From positions 1,536,001 through 1,600,000 of the forward strand of contig OY782041.1 of NCBI GenBank assembly GCA_963677595.1: DNA of 64,000 nt, given 5' to 3'. A program made the position numbers and the translations under genes. This DNA comes from Spirochaetia bacterium. Lineage in GTDB: Bacteria > Spirochaetota > Spirochaetia > CAKZLE01. The notes under the pieces were generated by a model that did no database searches, had not been told where the DNA came from, and saw only the letters and a list, made by a program, of their open reading frames with translations. Shown one piece after another: positions 48,968 through 58,859 of this stretch (positions within the stretch are counted from its first letter, which is position 1; each line of letters begins with the position of its first letter).

Positions 48968-49620
48968 CCATCGTCCCCAAATCCCCCTTCTTCAGGGTCA
49001 TCTCCGAGATCAACTTCCATATTGTGTTCCTCATCCAGGCAGCCGCCTACTTCCTGCTCTTCGGTATATCGGTACGGGGCAGGAAGCACCTGCGGACCGT
49101 GGAGAAGTGCATCTTCATCTCGAACCACATCCACTACCTCGACCCGGGCTTCATCGCCCATGCCGTCTGGCCGAGACGGACCTATTTCACCGGCCTCGAA
49201 GAGACGTTTCGGGGGAACCGCTTCTTCTCCTTCTTCATCAGGACCCTCGGGGGGTTCCCAATACCGGAGGACAACCCGGGAAGGATCGTCAGGGAGGTCG
49301 GGACGATCATCAGGGAGACCTCGCGGCAGGTCCATCTCTTCCCGGAGGGCAAGATGCATGGCGACCATGCATCCCTGCTCCCTTTCATGCCGGGGGCCTT
49401 CTCCCTGGCCTGTTTCTTCGACATCCCCGTGATCCCGATCGTGGAGGTCTTACGGCCGAGGAAGCACTGGCCGTTCCCGAAGGTCACCCTGTTAATCGGC
49501 GAGGCCGTATATCCTGGGGAGTTCAGGGCTGGTTCCTCCTCGAAGCGGGAGACGTCGGCAAGGATGCAGGCAGCGCTGGAGCGCCGCATGCAGGAGACCT
49601 TGAACTTGTATTTCACCTGA
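48943..49620 (+). CDS. Lysophospholipid acyltransferase (PlsC family)
   Basis: SNHIHYLD (HxxxxD), LFPEG, PVIP; overlaps GT2 end. Confidence 0.85.
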   Translation: MERPHREITIVPKSPFFRVISEINFHIVFLIQAAAYFLLFGISVRGRKHLRTVEKCIFISNHIHYLDPGFIAHAVWPRRTYFTGLEETFRGNRFFSFFIRTLGGFPIPEDNPGRIVREVGTIIRETSRQVHLFPEGKMHGDHASLLPFMPGAFSLACFFDIPVIPIVEVLRPRKHWPFPKVTLLIGEAVYPGEFRAGSSSKRETSARMQAALERRMQETLNLYFT

Positions 49621-49640
49621 TTACCAGCTAGTATAGTGGC

Positions 49641-50627
49641 ATGAATGCTGCCGTTTACGGGGTCGGGAACCCGTTGATCGATGTCATAGTCCCCATCACC
49701 GATACAGACCTCTTCGATCTTGGTATCCACAAGGGGACCATGCACCTCATCGACGAGAACGAACAGGAAGGACTCATCCGTTTCATCTCCGGCAGGGAGA
49801 TATCCTACAGCAGCGGCGGTTCCTGCCCGAACACGATCATCACCCTCAGTGCACTCGGGATCACCAGCGCCCTCGGGGGCATGGTCGGGGACGATGAGTA
49901 CGGCCGGATCTACCGGGAGGAGCTCCAGAAGAGCGGGGCGGTCGATGAACTGCGCAGCTCAGGCTCCCGGACCGGTTCGAGCATCATCCTCGTCACACCC
50001 GATTCCGAGCGGACCATGAATACCTTCCTGGGAGCCAACAGGGACTTCGGCCCCGACGACCTCTGTGAGGAACGCATCAGGCAGGCCGATTTTTTCCATT
50101 TCACCGGGTATATGTGGGATACTGCTTCCCAGAAGCAGGCGATCATGAGGGCACTCGAGATCGCACGGTCGGCAGGGACACGGGTCTCCTTCGATGTCGC
50201 CGATCCCTTTGCCGTCAGCAGGAACCGTGAGGCGTTCATGCAGATCATCAGCGATCACGCCGATATCGTGTTTGCCAACAAGGAGGAGGCGCGGATCCTC
50301 TTCGATAACTATGATGCCTATGAATGCTCGAAGAGCCTTGGGAAGTCCTGTCATCTGTCGGTCGTCAAGAACGGGAGACTTGGTTCGTATGTGAACGATG
50401 CAGGATCGATCGAGGAGATTCCCGTCCAGGGAGGGGACCCGGTAGATACCACCGGGGCAGGTGATACCTATGCCGCGGGATTCCTCTACGGCCTGTGCAC
50501 GGGGAAGTCACCGGCTGATGCAGGTACCTGTGCATCCTTCCTTGCCGGGGAGGTCATCAGCCTCATCGGTGCCCGCTTCCCCGCCGAACGGATCGTGAAG
50601 CTGCGGGCACGCCTTGAGACCATCTGA
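49641..50627 (+). CDS. PfkB family carbohydrate/adenosine kinase
   Basis: GNPLID, GGSCPNT, ERTMNTFLGA, DTTGAGDTYAAGFL. Confidence 0.9.
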   Translation: MNAAVYGVGNPLIDVIVPITDTDLFDLGIHKGTMHLIDENEQEGLIRFISGREISYSSGGSCPNTIITLSALGITSALGGMVGDDEYGRIYREELQKSGAVDELRSSGSRTGSSIILVTPDSERTMNTFLGANRDFGPDDLCEERIRQADFFHFTGYMWDTASQKQAIMRALEIARSAGTRVSFDVADPFAVSRNREAFMQIISDHADIVFANKEEARILFDNYDAYECSKSLGKSCHLSVVKNGRLGSYVNDAGSIEEIPVQGGDPVDTTGAGDTYAAGFLYGLCTGKSPADAGTCASFLAGEVISLIGARFPAERIVKLRARLETI

Positions 50628-50633
50628 AGGAAC

Positions 50634-51794
50634 CTAGAGGGCCCTCTTCAGCTCCTCTACCTTGTCCGTTCTCTCCCAGGAGAACTCCTCTCGCCCGAAA
50701 TGGCCGTATCGGGCAGTCTCCCGGTAGATCGGCTGGAGCAGGTCGAGTGTCGAGATGATCCCTGCAGGGGTCAGGTCGAAGACCTTCTGTACTGCTGCGG
50801 TGATCACCTCCTCGGGGACAGAACCGGTATCGAAGGTATCCACCATGACGCTGACTGGTTCCGGGTACCCGATAGCGTAGGCAAGCTCTACCTCGCAGCG
50901 TGAACACAACCCTGCGGCAACGATGTTCTTGGCAACATACCGTGCCATGTAGGCTGCTGATCGGTCCACCTTCGATGGGTCCTTACCGCTGAAGGCACCG
51001 CCTCCATGCCGTCCCATCCCGCCATAGGTATCGACGATGATCTTCCTGCCGGTAAGCCCTGAATCACCATGGGGTCCGCCGATGACGAAGCGCCCGGTTG
51101 GGTTGATCAGGATCCTGGTATTCGAAGAGAACATCCCGGTCGGCTCGAGGATTGGCCTGATCACCTGCTCAGTCAGGTCCGAGATGATCTGCTCCTGGCT
51201 CACGTCGGGGTTATGTTGGTGTGAGATCACGACGGTATCGATCGCTACCGGGTTCCCACCTTCATACCTGAGAGTCACCTGGCTCTTGGAGTCCGGCCGC
51301 ATCCAAGGGATGGTCCCGTCCTTCCTCAGCTGTGCAGCCTTCTGGAGGAGCCTGTGGCTGTACATGATAGGTGCAGGCATCAGCTCCGGGGTCTCATCAC
51401 AGGCATAGCCGAACATCATGCCCTGGTCGCCGGCTCCCTGCTCCTTATAGAGGCCCTCACCCACGGAGACACCCTGGGCAATATCCTGGGACTGCCGGTG
51501 GATGGTGTTGAGGATGGCCATCGACTCATAGTCGAGGCCGTAGGCGGGATCAGTATAGCCTATCTCCTTCACTACTTCTCGGACCAGGTCCTGCAGGTAG
51601 ACATAGGTAGATGTGGTGATCTCCCCGCCGACGAGCACCATGCCGGTCGTGGTGAAGGTCTCGCAGGCAACCCGTGAACCTCGATCCTCCTTCAGGCACT
51701 CATCGAGTACCGCATCAGAGATCTGGTCACATATCTTATCAGGATGTCCTTCACTGACCGATTCGGATGTGAAGAGAAATGATCCTTTATTCAT
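50634..51794 (-). CDS. metK: S-adenosylmethionine synthetase
   Basis: [28 protein letters not shown]. Confidence 0.98.
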   Translation of the reverse strand: MNKGSFLFTSESVSEGHPDKICDQISDAVLDECLKEDRGSRVACETFTTTGMVLVGGEITTSTYVYLQDLVREVVKEIGYTDPAYGLDYESMAILNTIHRQSQDIAQGVSVGEGLYKEQGAGDQGMMFGYACDETPELMPAPIMYSHRLLQKAAQLRKDGTIPWMRPDSKSQVTLRYEGGNPVAIDTVVISHQHNPDVSQEQIISDLTEQVIRPILEPTGMFSSNTRILINPTGRFVIGGPHGDSGLTGRKIIVDTYGGMGRHGGGAFSGKDPSKVDRSAAYMARYVAKNIVAAGLCSRCEVELAYAIGYPEPVSVMVDTFDTGSVPEEVITAAVQKVFDLTPAGIISTLDLLQPIYRETARYGHFGREEFSWERTDKVEELKRAL

Positions 51795-51878
51795 CTGTTC
51801 ACCTCATGGTTAATACGTTGTATTTCAATATAATGAAAACAGTTCACTATAACAATGCACTGCATCTGTTCTGCAATG

Positions 51879-51915
51879 AAAAAAGGGCTGCAACCTTTCA
51901 GTCCAGCCCTTTTTC
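51879..51915 (-). terminator. Rho-independent terminator after jag
   Basis: AAAAAAGGGCTG...CAGCCCTTTTT stem with A/T tails on both sides. Confidence 0.75.
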
Positions 51916-51934
51916 CCGATTCATTGTCCCTGAA

Positions 51935-52630
51935 TTAGAGCAGGTCGCTCCGCTGTGTGCTCTTATAGGCGATCCGTACCCGCTTATAGAGCCCGTCACC
52001 CTCGCTCTTCGTCTCGACATCAAGGATGTCGTTGAGCGCGGTGTGGATGAGCCGCCGCTCGAAGGGGTTCATGGGTTCCAGCAGTTTCGACCGTTTGGTC
52101 TTCTTTACCTGCAGGGCAGTCCGGTAGGCCATGCGGACGAGCTGCTCCTCATGCCTGATCCGGTAGTTCTCCGTGTCCACGACGATCTTCTTGGTACTGT
52201 CGATTTGCCCGGCATAGACATTGGTGAGGAGCTGGAGCGCATCCAGGTTCTTCCCCTGCTTACCGATCATGATCGCAGAATGGTCCGAGACGATGTTGAG
52301 CCCGATCTTGTTATCTTTCCGGTACGCGACCATGACCTTCCCGGTATACCCCATCTTCTCTATCACGTTCTTCAGGAAGTCGACGATCTTCTCTTCTAAT
52401 TCCGTGTTCGCCGGAGCAGCGGGTGCAGCCTTCGTGCGAACCTCTTTCTCTATGCTCTCTTCCCGGTCTTCCCGTGTATGGATCCTGATCCGTACATTGC
52501 TCTTCTTAAAGAATCCTTTCTTGCCTGAGTCAATGATCTCAACATCGAACTTTTCCCTGTCGAGGTTGAGCTCAGCTACAGCAACATCTATAGCTTCCTG
52601 CTCAGTCTTCCCTTCAAATTCTTTTACCAT
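51935..52630 (-). CDS. jag: RNA-binding protein Jag/EloR (Jag_N, KH, R3H)
   Basis: FEGKT..EAI, IGKQGKNLDALQ, LEPMNPFERRLIH; follows yidC. Confidence 0.93.
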   Translation of the reverse strand: MVKEFEGKTEQEAIDVAVAELNLDREKFDVEIIDSGKKGFFKKSNVRIRIHTREDREESIEKEVRTKAAPAAPANTELEEKIVDFLKNVIEKMGYTGKVMVAYRKDNKIGLNIVSDHSAIMIGKQGKNLDALQLLTNVYAGQIDSTKKIVVDTENYRIRHEEQLVRMAYRTALQVKKTKRSKLLEPMNPFERRLIHTALNDILDVETKSEGDGLYKRVRIAYKSTQRSDLL

Positions 52631-52676
52631 ATATTATCTCCTTGGAGTAAAAAGTCATCATACATCTAGAGGTATG

Positions 52677-54515
52677 TTATTTCCTCTTCTTCGGGGCGAC
52701 CTTGTTCCCGTCTTTCGCCTTCTTGACCACCTTCAACTCCGGATGAGCCTTCTCCTCCTCCATCTCGTGCGCCTTCACGGTATTCGTCACCTTCTGCTGG
52801 AGGATCGTGATGATGTTCATGACGAACCAGTAGAGTATCAGGCCCGATGGTGCATTATAGAGGACGAAGAAGAACATGATTGGCATGAAATAGGTCATCA
52901 TCTTGTTCATGCTCTGTGTCTGGCTGTTTCCCGCTGTCGCTGACTGGCTCTGCTTCATCGAGAAGATCATGGAAGCTACATAGAGGATCGGCAGCAGCCG
53001 AACCGCGTCCCCCACGAAGGGGATCGAGAACGGCAGGGTGAAGATCGATTCAGGCATCGAGAGGTCCGTGATCCATCCAGGGATGAACACTGCCCCACGC
53101 AGCTCGAAATGCTTGTTGAGCAGCCCGTAGAGTGCGATGAACACCGGGAACTGGAGGAGCATCGGCAGGCATCCGCCCATCGGGTTGATCTTCTCCTTCT
53201 TGTAGAGTGCGGCTGTCTCCTGGTTGAGTTTGTTCGGGTTGTCCTTGTACTTCTCCTTCAGCTCATTCAGCTGCGGGGAGAGCGCGGCCATCTTCGCGGT
53301 CGACTGGTAGCTCTTCCTGGTAAAGGGGAAGAGCACGACTTTGATGAGGATCGTCAGGAGGATGATCGCCACACCGTAGTTAGGGATGAGGTTGTAGAAG
53401 AACCGCAGCAGCCATTTCAGGATGTTCTCGAGCCAGCCGAGCCAGGAACTGGAATCGACTGCCTTGTCGAGCTGGAGGTCGGACAGGCCGAACCCGTTAT
53501 CCTCAGCATTGTTGTAGATAGCGAGGTTGCTGCTCAGGATCGGTCCGACATAGAACTTGAACACATCTGTGTTCGAGGAACTCCTGATCACCGGCCTGGA
53601 GAAGTACATCTGTGACCCGAGGGGAATCCCCTCCTCGGCATCCTGGGTGAGCGACACCGTATAGGGGGTGGCATCAGGCACGCCGATCACCGTGAAGTAC
53701 TTCCCGGTGAGAGATGCCCAGGAGATGAAGTCATTGGTGACGAACTCATCGTTCTTCAGTTTGACCTGGTTCTTCTTGCCGTCCTGGTAGGTATAGAACC
53801 TCCTGAACTTGTACCGGCCGTCGAGTTCCTCGAAGAACTCAGGACCTATCTGTGGTTCATAGGCAATGGTATATGAGTATCCGTCATAGTTGAGTGGGAT
53901 CACCTCATTCACGCTGTTCTTGAACGAGACATATACCTCGAAGAGGTAATCAGTCTGGTTGAACACGAAAGTCTTCGTGAGGGTGAAGGGATCAGAAAGG
54001 GAACCATCATCCTCCGTGATCGCGAAGTCCCGGTAGAACTCGATGGTGTACTCATCAGTCTGCCTCACGTTGAAGGTACAGTCGACAGGATTCGCCTTGT
54101 CATCCCCGAAATAGAGATAGAAGGCTGCCTGTTCTTCACTTCCCCTGAAGATCATCTCGACAGGCACGCCGTTATCGAGGTGGTCTTTCATCTTCATGCT
54201 CTTGATCGACCCACCGGCAGTATCGAAGGTTATGATGAACACATCGTTCTCGATGACGATCTCATCAGAGGCAGGGTCCGTACCGAGGGGCACCACTGAA
54301 CCGGCTGCACCTGAGGCATAGACCATCGATGTCGGGGTATTCAACTGCTCGACCTCAGAGACCGTATCACCCTGGGATGTCTCGGTCGATGCTGCTTCCG
54401 TAGAAGCCTGGGTCGTCTCAGCGGTGTCCGGCATGAAGAAGACACTCTGGATCGTGAAACCGACGGTAATGATTATGACTGATAGGACAACAGCCAGAAT
54501 TGTTCTTTTATCCAT
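52677..54515 (-). CDS. yidC: Membrane protein insertase YidC
   Basis: NYGVAIILLT, NPMGGCLPMLLQFP, PSGLILYW. Confidence 0.96.
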   Translation of the reverse strand: MDKRTILAVVLSVIIITVGFTIQSVFFMPDTAETTQASTEAASTETSQGDTVSEVEQLNTPTSMVYASGAAGSVVPLGTDPASDEIVIENDVFIITFDTAGGSIKSMKMKDHLDNGVPVEMIFRGSEEQAAFYLYFGDDKANPVDCTFNVRQTDEYTIEFYRDFAITEDDGSLSDPFTLTKTFVFNQTDYLFEVYVSFKNSVNEVIPLNYDGYSYTIAYEPQIGPEFFEELDGRYKFRRFYTYQDGKKNQVKLKNDEFVTNDFISWASLTGKYFTVIGVPDATPYTVSLTQDAEEGIPLGSQMYFSRPVIRSSSNTDVFKFYVGPILSSNLAIYNNAEDNGFGLSDLQLDKAVDSSSWLGWLENILKWLLRFFYNLIPNYGVAIILLTILIKVVLFPFTRKSYQSTAKMAALSPQLNELKEKYKDNPNKLNQETAALYKKEKINPMGGCLPMLLQFPVFIALYGLLNKHFELRGAVFIPGWITDLSMPESIFTLPFSIPFVGDAVRLLPILYVASMIFSMKQSQSATAGNSQTQSMNKMMTYFMPIMFFFVLYNAPSGLILYWFVMNIITILQQKVTNTVKAHEMEEEKAHPELKVVKKAKDGNKVAPKKRK

Positions 54516-54598
54516 AATTTCTCCTGGTATGTCATTAGTGAGAAGCCTGAATCGGTAATCAAGGAACGAAAGTATAGATAAAAAATAAGCGGGTCTAT

Positions 54599-54943
54599 CT
54601 ATATGAATAGACCTGCTTTTTCTACGAGTTTACAAAATTGCTTTTTACATATTGTATAATCATATTCATTACCTGGATAGATAATAAAGGCTATATCGAA
54701 ACCCTGCATCCTGGGGGCACAGTCAAGGCGGAAGATCTCTTTGCACCTTCGCCTGACAGTATTCCTCTGGACCGCATTACCAAAATTCCTGGCGGGTATG
54801 ATAATCACACGGGGATACGGAAGTTGACTCTTTCTAAAGACAAGTTTGAATCCCCGGGCTGATACTACCTTTCCTTCCTTAAAAATACGACTTATATCAG
54901 ACTTTTTTCTTATGATCTGATTTTTAGTAAGGCTTCTTCTCAT
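54599..54943 (-). CDS. rnpA: Ribonuclease P protein component
   Basis: GNAVQRN..RR..KEIFR motif; overlaps rpmH end. Confidence 0.9.
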   Translation of the reverse strand: MRRSLTKNQIIRKKSDISRIFKEGKVVSARGFKLVFRKSQLPYPRVIIIPARNFGNAVQRNTVRRRCKEIFRLDCAPRMQGFDIAFIIYPGNEYDYTICKKQFCKLVEKAGLFI

Positions 54944-55079
54944 CTGCTACTGAGAGTTTCTTTCTACCTTTCTTTCTTCTTCTTGCAAGGACAAGGCGTC
55001 CGCCTTTTGTCTTCATTCGGGCACGGAATCCGAATTTTCTATTTCTCTTGACTCTACTTGGTTGGTACGTTCTTTTCAT
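54924..55079 (-). CDS. rpmH: 50S ribosomal protein L34 (below ORF-track size cutoff)
   Basis: Translates to [51 protein letters not shown]. Confidence 0.97.
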   Translation of the reverse strand: MKRTYQPSRVKRNRKFGFRARMKTKGGRLVLARRRKKGRKKLSVADEKKPY

Positions 55080-55159
55080 TTCAGGATTTTCTCCATTATT
55101 TCTTCGCTTTCGCGGAATTTTTCTATTCGTTAACGTAAATACACATCATCGAGTGAGGC

Positions 55160-55188
55160 AGTATACGTTTCCTCCCATTTTTTGTCAA
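55160..55188 (-). promoter_or_regulatory. Near-consensus sigma70 promoter of rpmH-rnpA-yidC
   Basis: Minus strand TTGACA, 17 bp, TATACT. Confidence 0.8.
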
Positions 55189-55269
55189 GGGTGCTCATAA
55201 CCTCTTGACCCTATTTGAATTAGTATATCTTCAGCAGGTTTCTGCTCTTCTCCAGGCTGACCACGATAC

Positions 55270-55590
55270 CTAGTGAGTCAATCGGTAATCCAATATATGA
55301 GGATCTCTCCTGAGTGCATCAAGCAGGACCCGGGCAGCGCCATTGGGGTTCCTTTGTCCCTGTTCCCATTTTGCGACAATCGATTGATTGACATCAAGTA
55401 TACTGGCGAATACTGCCTGGCTGATATTGAGGTTATTTCGAATTGCCTTGATATCTTCAGGGCTCATTGTTATTGTTTTCGGTTGTATCCCTAATCGCTT
55501 TAGATCACGCTTACTGAAAGCAGTGTTCAAGCCTATTGCATCCAAGTCCTGTATGGTTTCTTTAAGAGAATCCATTGCAGAATCATTCAT
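55270..55590 (-). CDS. XRE-HTH antitoxin (HigA-like)
   Basis: IKAIR....ISQAVFA..L.V....VAKWEQGQRNPNGAA..LL; GGAGGG RBS; start overlaps the stop of the restored toxin frame. Confidence 0.85.
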   Translation of the reverse strand: MNDSAMDSLKETIQDLDAIGLNTAFSKRDLKRLGIQPKTITMSPEDIKAIRNNLNISQAVFASILDVNQSIVAKWEQGQRNPNGAARVLLDALRRDPHILDYRLTH

Positions 55591-55961
55591 CATCACCCTC
55601 CAATTCAATAAATACCTTATTCCGTATTGCCTCAGCCCATTGTTCAGAAGAGAATCCACAAAGCATCTTTGAGAGCTTCCTATATGCTCGCTTTTCTGCA
55701 GTACTAATATTTACCTGATCAATTTTTAGCAAAACCATGCAAGAAAACAGCTAAAGTTTTCTCCCTATACACCAAGAGTGTCCTATACCCGCCGCTTTTT
55801 CCCTCTCCCTTTCGGGAAACTCGAACCTTATAGACCGAACTTCCAAGAGCATCCGCACTTTTTAGTTCAACTGTATTTTGAATAGCATCAAGCAGATCTT
55901 GATCGCTTATGTTCTCTTTCGCTGCCCATTTCGAAAATACTTTGGCTTTCAGTTTCTTCAC
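55583..55961 (-). pseudogene. RelE/ParE-family (HigB-like) toxin with a +1 frameshift
   Basis: F.KWA.KE.I.D..L, LG..VYKVRV.R.GEGKSGGYRT, FL.GFAK then premature stop at 55719; shifted frame continues DQVNISTAEKRAYRKLSK...FIELEGDDE to a stop at 55583. Confidence 0.82.
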
Positions 55962-55966
55962 ATAAT

Positions 55967-55991
55967 ATATATAGCACAATGTGCTATATAT
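55967..55991. promoter_or_regulatory. Palindromic operator over the toxin-antitoxin promoter
   Basis: ATATATAGCACA-a-TGTGCTATATAT perfect 12-bp arms between minus-strand TTGTAA and TATATA boxes. Confidence 0.75.
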
Positions 55992-56083
55992 TACAAGTCA
56001 TTAGTATCATCATCAAAGCTGATATTATATATTCAATCTATTCTGAAAACAGCAGGACCTGTACATGATCTTATCTTCCCGTA

Positions 56084-56368
56084 TCACGAGGAGACATAGG
56101 TCACGATCCTCTCGACAGCCAGGTCAGGAAATTCCTTCTTGATATTTCTTAGGATCTGGTTCTTCTTCATGTCTATGAGCTGTAACCACCCGGGATGGTC
56201 AACATGGACAATCAGGGAGGTCCCCTCCAGGTCGTAGATCCTGGAGTGGGAAGCGATGTTGGTCCCCGCGAGCTCTTCCCAACTGCTGAACAGGGAGATC
56301 ACCTCTTTATGGTCATCAAACGATATAGACTGGAATACCTGCTCGATGAGTTCTGCTGCCTTCTTCAT
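56084..56368 (-). CDS. DUF721 / DciA-like helicase loader
   Basis: W.ELAG..IA.HS....L....LIV.VDHPGW.Q; immediately after recF. Confidence 0.85.
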   Translation of the reverse strand: MKKAAELIEQVFQSISFDDHKEVISLFSSWEELAGTNIASHSRIYDLEGTSLIVHVDHPGWLQLIDMKKNQILRNIKKEFPDLAVERIVTYVSS

Positions 56369-57444
56369 TCGTTCTCCAACACTCCTTCTGATACCCGGTA
56401 TGTCATGGTATCAGAATCATGCTCCCTGAAATAGGATTCCTTGGGCAGGAATGTGAAAAAAGCCTGGTCATAGTCAGATATATGCTCGAGGAAACGCTCC
56501 CGTTTCTCAAGGTCAAGCTCAAGGAGAACATCATCAAGGAGCAGGATCGGCTTCTCGTCCCGCTCCCTGCAGTAGAGGATGGACTGTACCAGCTTCAGCA
56601 CGAGGGAAGCGAGCCGTATCTGTCCCGTAGAGGCTGTCGCTATGAAATCCCTCCCGTCCTGACTGAATAGGAACTTATCCCGATGCGGTCCCGTGGTCGT
56701 CAGTTCATATCGCCGGTCACGTTCATGGTTCTTCTCTATGAGCGTGACCGCATCCTCCTCAGTAATACACCCTTTCCAGGATGGGCTGTATACTAAACTG
56801 ACCGCATCGGGATTGCAGGAGATCTTCCGGTACAGCTCCGGGAAATACTCATTGAAGGCCTCTATGTTCTGCCTTCTCTTTTCCTGTATCTTCATGCCGG
56901 TATCTGCGAGCTTCCGGTCATAGATCGTCAGCAGGGAATCGCTCCCACCCTTCAGCAGCGCGTTACGCTGCTTCACGATGCTGTTATAGAGGCGTATAAG
57001 GTCTATATAGTCATTGTCGAGCAATGATATGCTCTGGTCGAAGAACTTCCTCTGCATGAGGGGAGCTCCTTTGACGAACTCCATATCCTCATGCGAGAAG
57101 ATGATGCAGGTACTGATCGAGAGGAGCTCCTTCCGGTCTGTGATCTCCCTCCCATCAATGAAGGTCCGCCGCTTACCGTCCTTGAACACGACCTTCACCG
57201 TGTAATCCCTGCCGTCCTTCCCGATGACAGCGATGACGGAGAGCTCCTGTTCCCCAAAGCTCACGATCTGCTTCTGCAGCCGCGTGCGGAAGGAGGAACC
57301 ATAAGAGACAAAGTAGATCGCCTCGATGAAATTTGATTTACCCTGCCCGTTCTCCCCGATCAGCACGATGTGCTTATGGGAGACAGGGAGGAGTAGATCA
57401 GCAAGGTTCCTGAAATGGTATGTCCTCAGCGATTTGATGACCAT
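56365..57444 (-). CDS. recF: DNA replication and repair protein RecF
   Basis: FRNL, GENGQGKSN, GPHRD, ASTGQ, LLLDDVLLELD. Confidence 0.95.
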   Translation of the reverse strand: MVIKSLRTYHFRNLADLLLPVSHKHIVLIGENGQGKSNFIEAIYFVSYGSSFRTRLQKQIVSFGEQELSVIAVIGKDGRDYTVKVVFKDGKRRTFIDGREITDRKELLSISTCIIFSHEDMEFVKGAPLMQRKFFDQSISLLDNDYIDLIRLYNSIVKQRNALLKGGSDSLLTIYDRKLADTGMKIQEKRRQNIEAFNEYFPELYRKISCNPDAVSLVYSPSWKGCITEEDAVTLIEKNHERDRRYELTTTGPHRDKFLFSQDGRDFIATASTGQIRLASLVLKLVQSILYCRERDEKPILLLDDVLLELDLEKRERFLEHISDYDQAFFTFLPKESYFREHDSDTMTYRVSEGVLENE

Positions 57445-57449
57445 ACGAT

Positions 57450-58553
57450 CTAGTCAAGCTGCATGGGCATGACAATATGGAAGAAGTCCTTCTCAGGATA
57501 GGGTGCGATGGTGATGGCCCTGCTCGGTTCCGTGAAGCTGATGCTGATCTTCTCCCCGGGCATCACCTTGAGGGGGTTCACCACATACACATGGTTCACC
57601 GCGATCCTGGTCTTCTCGCCGAAATACTCACAGGGTATCTGCTCCTCAGCCTTTCCGATATCGCTCTCCTCTGAAGAGAGCGTCACCGTCTCGATGTCGA
57701 TATCGATGAACAGCCGCTTTGATTTCTGGTCTACCAGCAGTGATACCCGCTTCAGGGCATCATAGAACATCTCCTTGTCGATGATGCATTGCAGGTTCTG
57801 CTTCTCGGGGATGACCCGTTTGTAGTTCGGGAACTGACCGTCGATGAGCGTGGAGAATATCCAGTGGGAATCGAACCTGGCAAAGATGTAGTTATCATGG
57901 ATAGCCAGGTCTATCATCCCTTCCCGGACGCAGAGCTTCTTGATGAGGCTGAGGAACTTCGGGGGAATGATCACCGGCTTGAAGGAGGGTACCTCCTGTT
58001 CAAGGATCCTGTTCATGTAGGATAACCTTCTCCCGTCAGTAGCTACCATGACGAGGCCGTCCCCGCCGTTCTCCATATAGACGCCGTTGAGGAAGTACCG
58101 GGTAGTATCATCTGAGACCGAGAATATCGTCTGGTCGATCATCGAGATGAAATCCTCGCTTGAGATCGAGAAGTAGAGCTGCTCATCACAAACCCTCATC
58201 TCAGGGTACTTATCCGAGCTGATACTCCTCAAGCGGAAATCGATCTTCTGGAACAGCGGCCTGATCACGACCCTGTCATCAAGCTGCTCTACCTCGATCT
58301 CACCTTCAGGGAGGGATCGAAGGATGCCGAGGAGCTTGTCACAGTAGATCGTAGTACTGCCTGGGTCGATCGTATCAACCGTGATCTGAGTCTCGAACCC
58401 TACATTCAAGTCTGTTGCCTTGATCGTGAGCAGGTTGTTAGACGTCTCGATGAGTACGTTCGACAGTATGGAGAGGGCATTCCTTGATGCGATGATATCC
58501 TGTGCGATGAGGATCTCTTTCAGCAGTGAATTTTTCGATGTAGTGAATTTCAT
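57450..58553 (-). CDS. dnaN: DNA polymerase III beta clamp
   Basis: ATDL, TRYFLNGVY, VATDGRRL, LIDGQFPNY..VIP, VMPM. Confidence 0.96.
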   Translation of the reverse strand: MKFTTSKNSLLKEILIAQDIIASRNALSILSNVLIETSNNLLTIKATDLNVGFETQITVDTIDPGSTTIYCDKLLGILRSLPEGEIEVEQLDDRVVIRPLFQKIDFRLRSISSDKYPEMRVCDEQLYFSISSEDFISMIDQTIFSVSDDTTRYFLNGVYMENGGDGLVMVATDGRRLSYMNRILEQEVPSFKPVIIPPKFLSLIKKLCVREGMIDLAIHDNYIFARFDSHWIFSTLIDGQFPNYKRVIPEKQNLQCIIDKEMFYDALKRVSLLVDQKSKRLFIDIDIETVTLSSEESDIGKAEEQIPCEYFGEKTRIAVNHVYVVNPLKVMPGEKISISFTEPSRAITIAPYPEKDFFHIVMPMQLD

Positions 58554-58569
58554 AACGTCTCCTTACTAC

Positions 58570-58800
58570 AGTCTATATATTATTAATTAGTAGTAGTAGT
58601 AGTAATAGGGCCTGTGGACAATGTGCATAACTAAACTATGTTTAAACAGTAGAATGAAATAATCAAAAATTCAGTTGTGCATAACTCTGTTTTTTTATCC
58701 ACAGTTCATCAACATATTAACAACTATACCATATTATCCACAATTTATTGATAAAAATCCACAACTTATCTATATGTTATCAAGAGGTTATCAACAACCC
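58570..58800. other. Chromosomal replication origin oriC
   Basis: AT-rich run, (TAG)5 DnaA-trios at 58588-58608, GGGCC, tandem boxes TGTGGACAA/TGTGCATAA at 58613-58630; TGTGCATAA 58676; TTATCCACA 58695 and 58734; degenerate boxes at 58755, 58766, 58777, 58788. Confidence 0.9.
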
Positions 58801-58859
58801 CAGAATGAGGAACGGGCTGATTATATACCAGCCCGCTTCATACCTTGGATGAGACAGCT

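Noticed and set aside
55220-56060. Possible direct repeats flanking the RelE/HigA module (TTAGTAT..., CAGCAGG)
   Set aside because: Only 7-bp matches with inconsistent spacing; compatible with chance
58588-58608. (TAG)n run as a microsatellite or contingency locus
   Set aside because: Its position next to GGCC and tandem DnaA boxes identifies it as DnaA-trios of oriC
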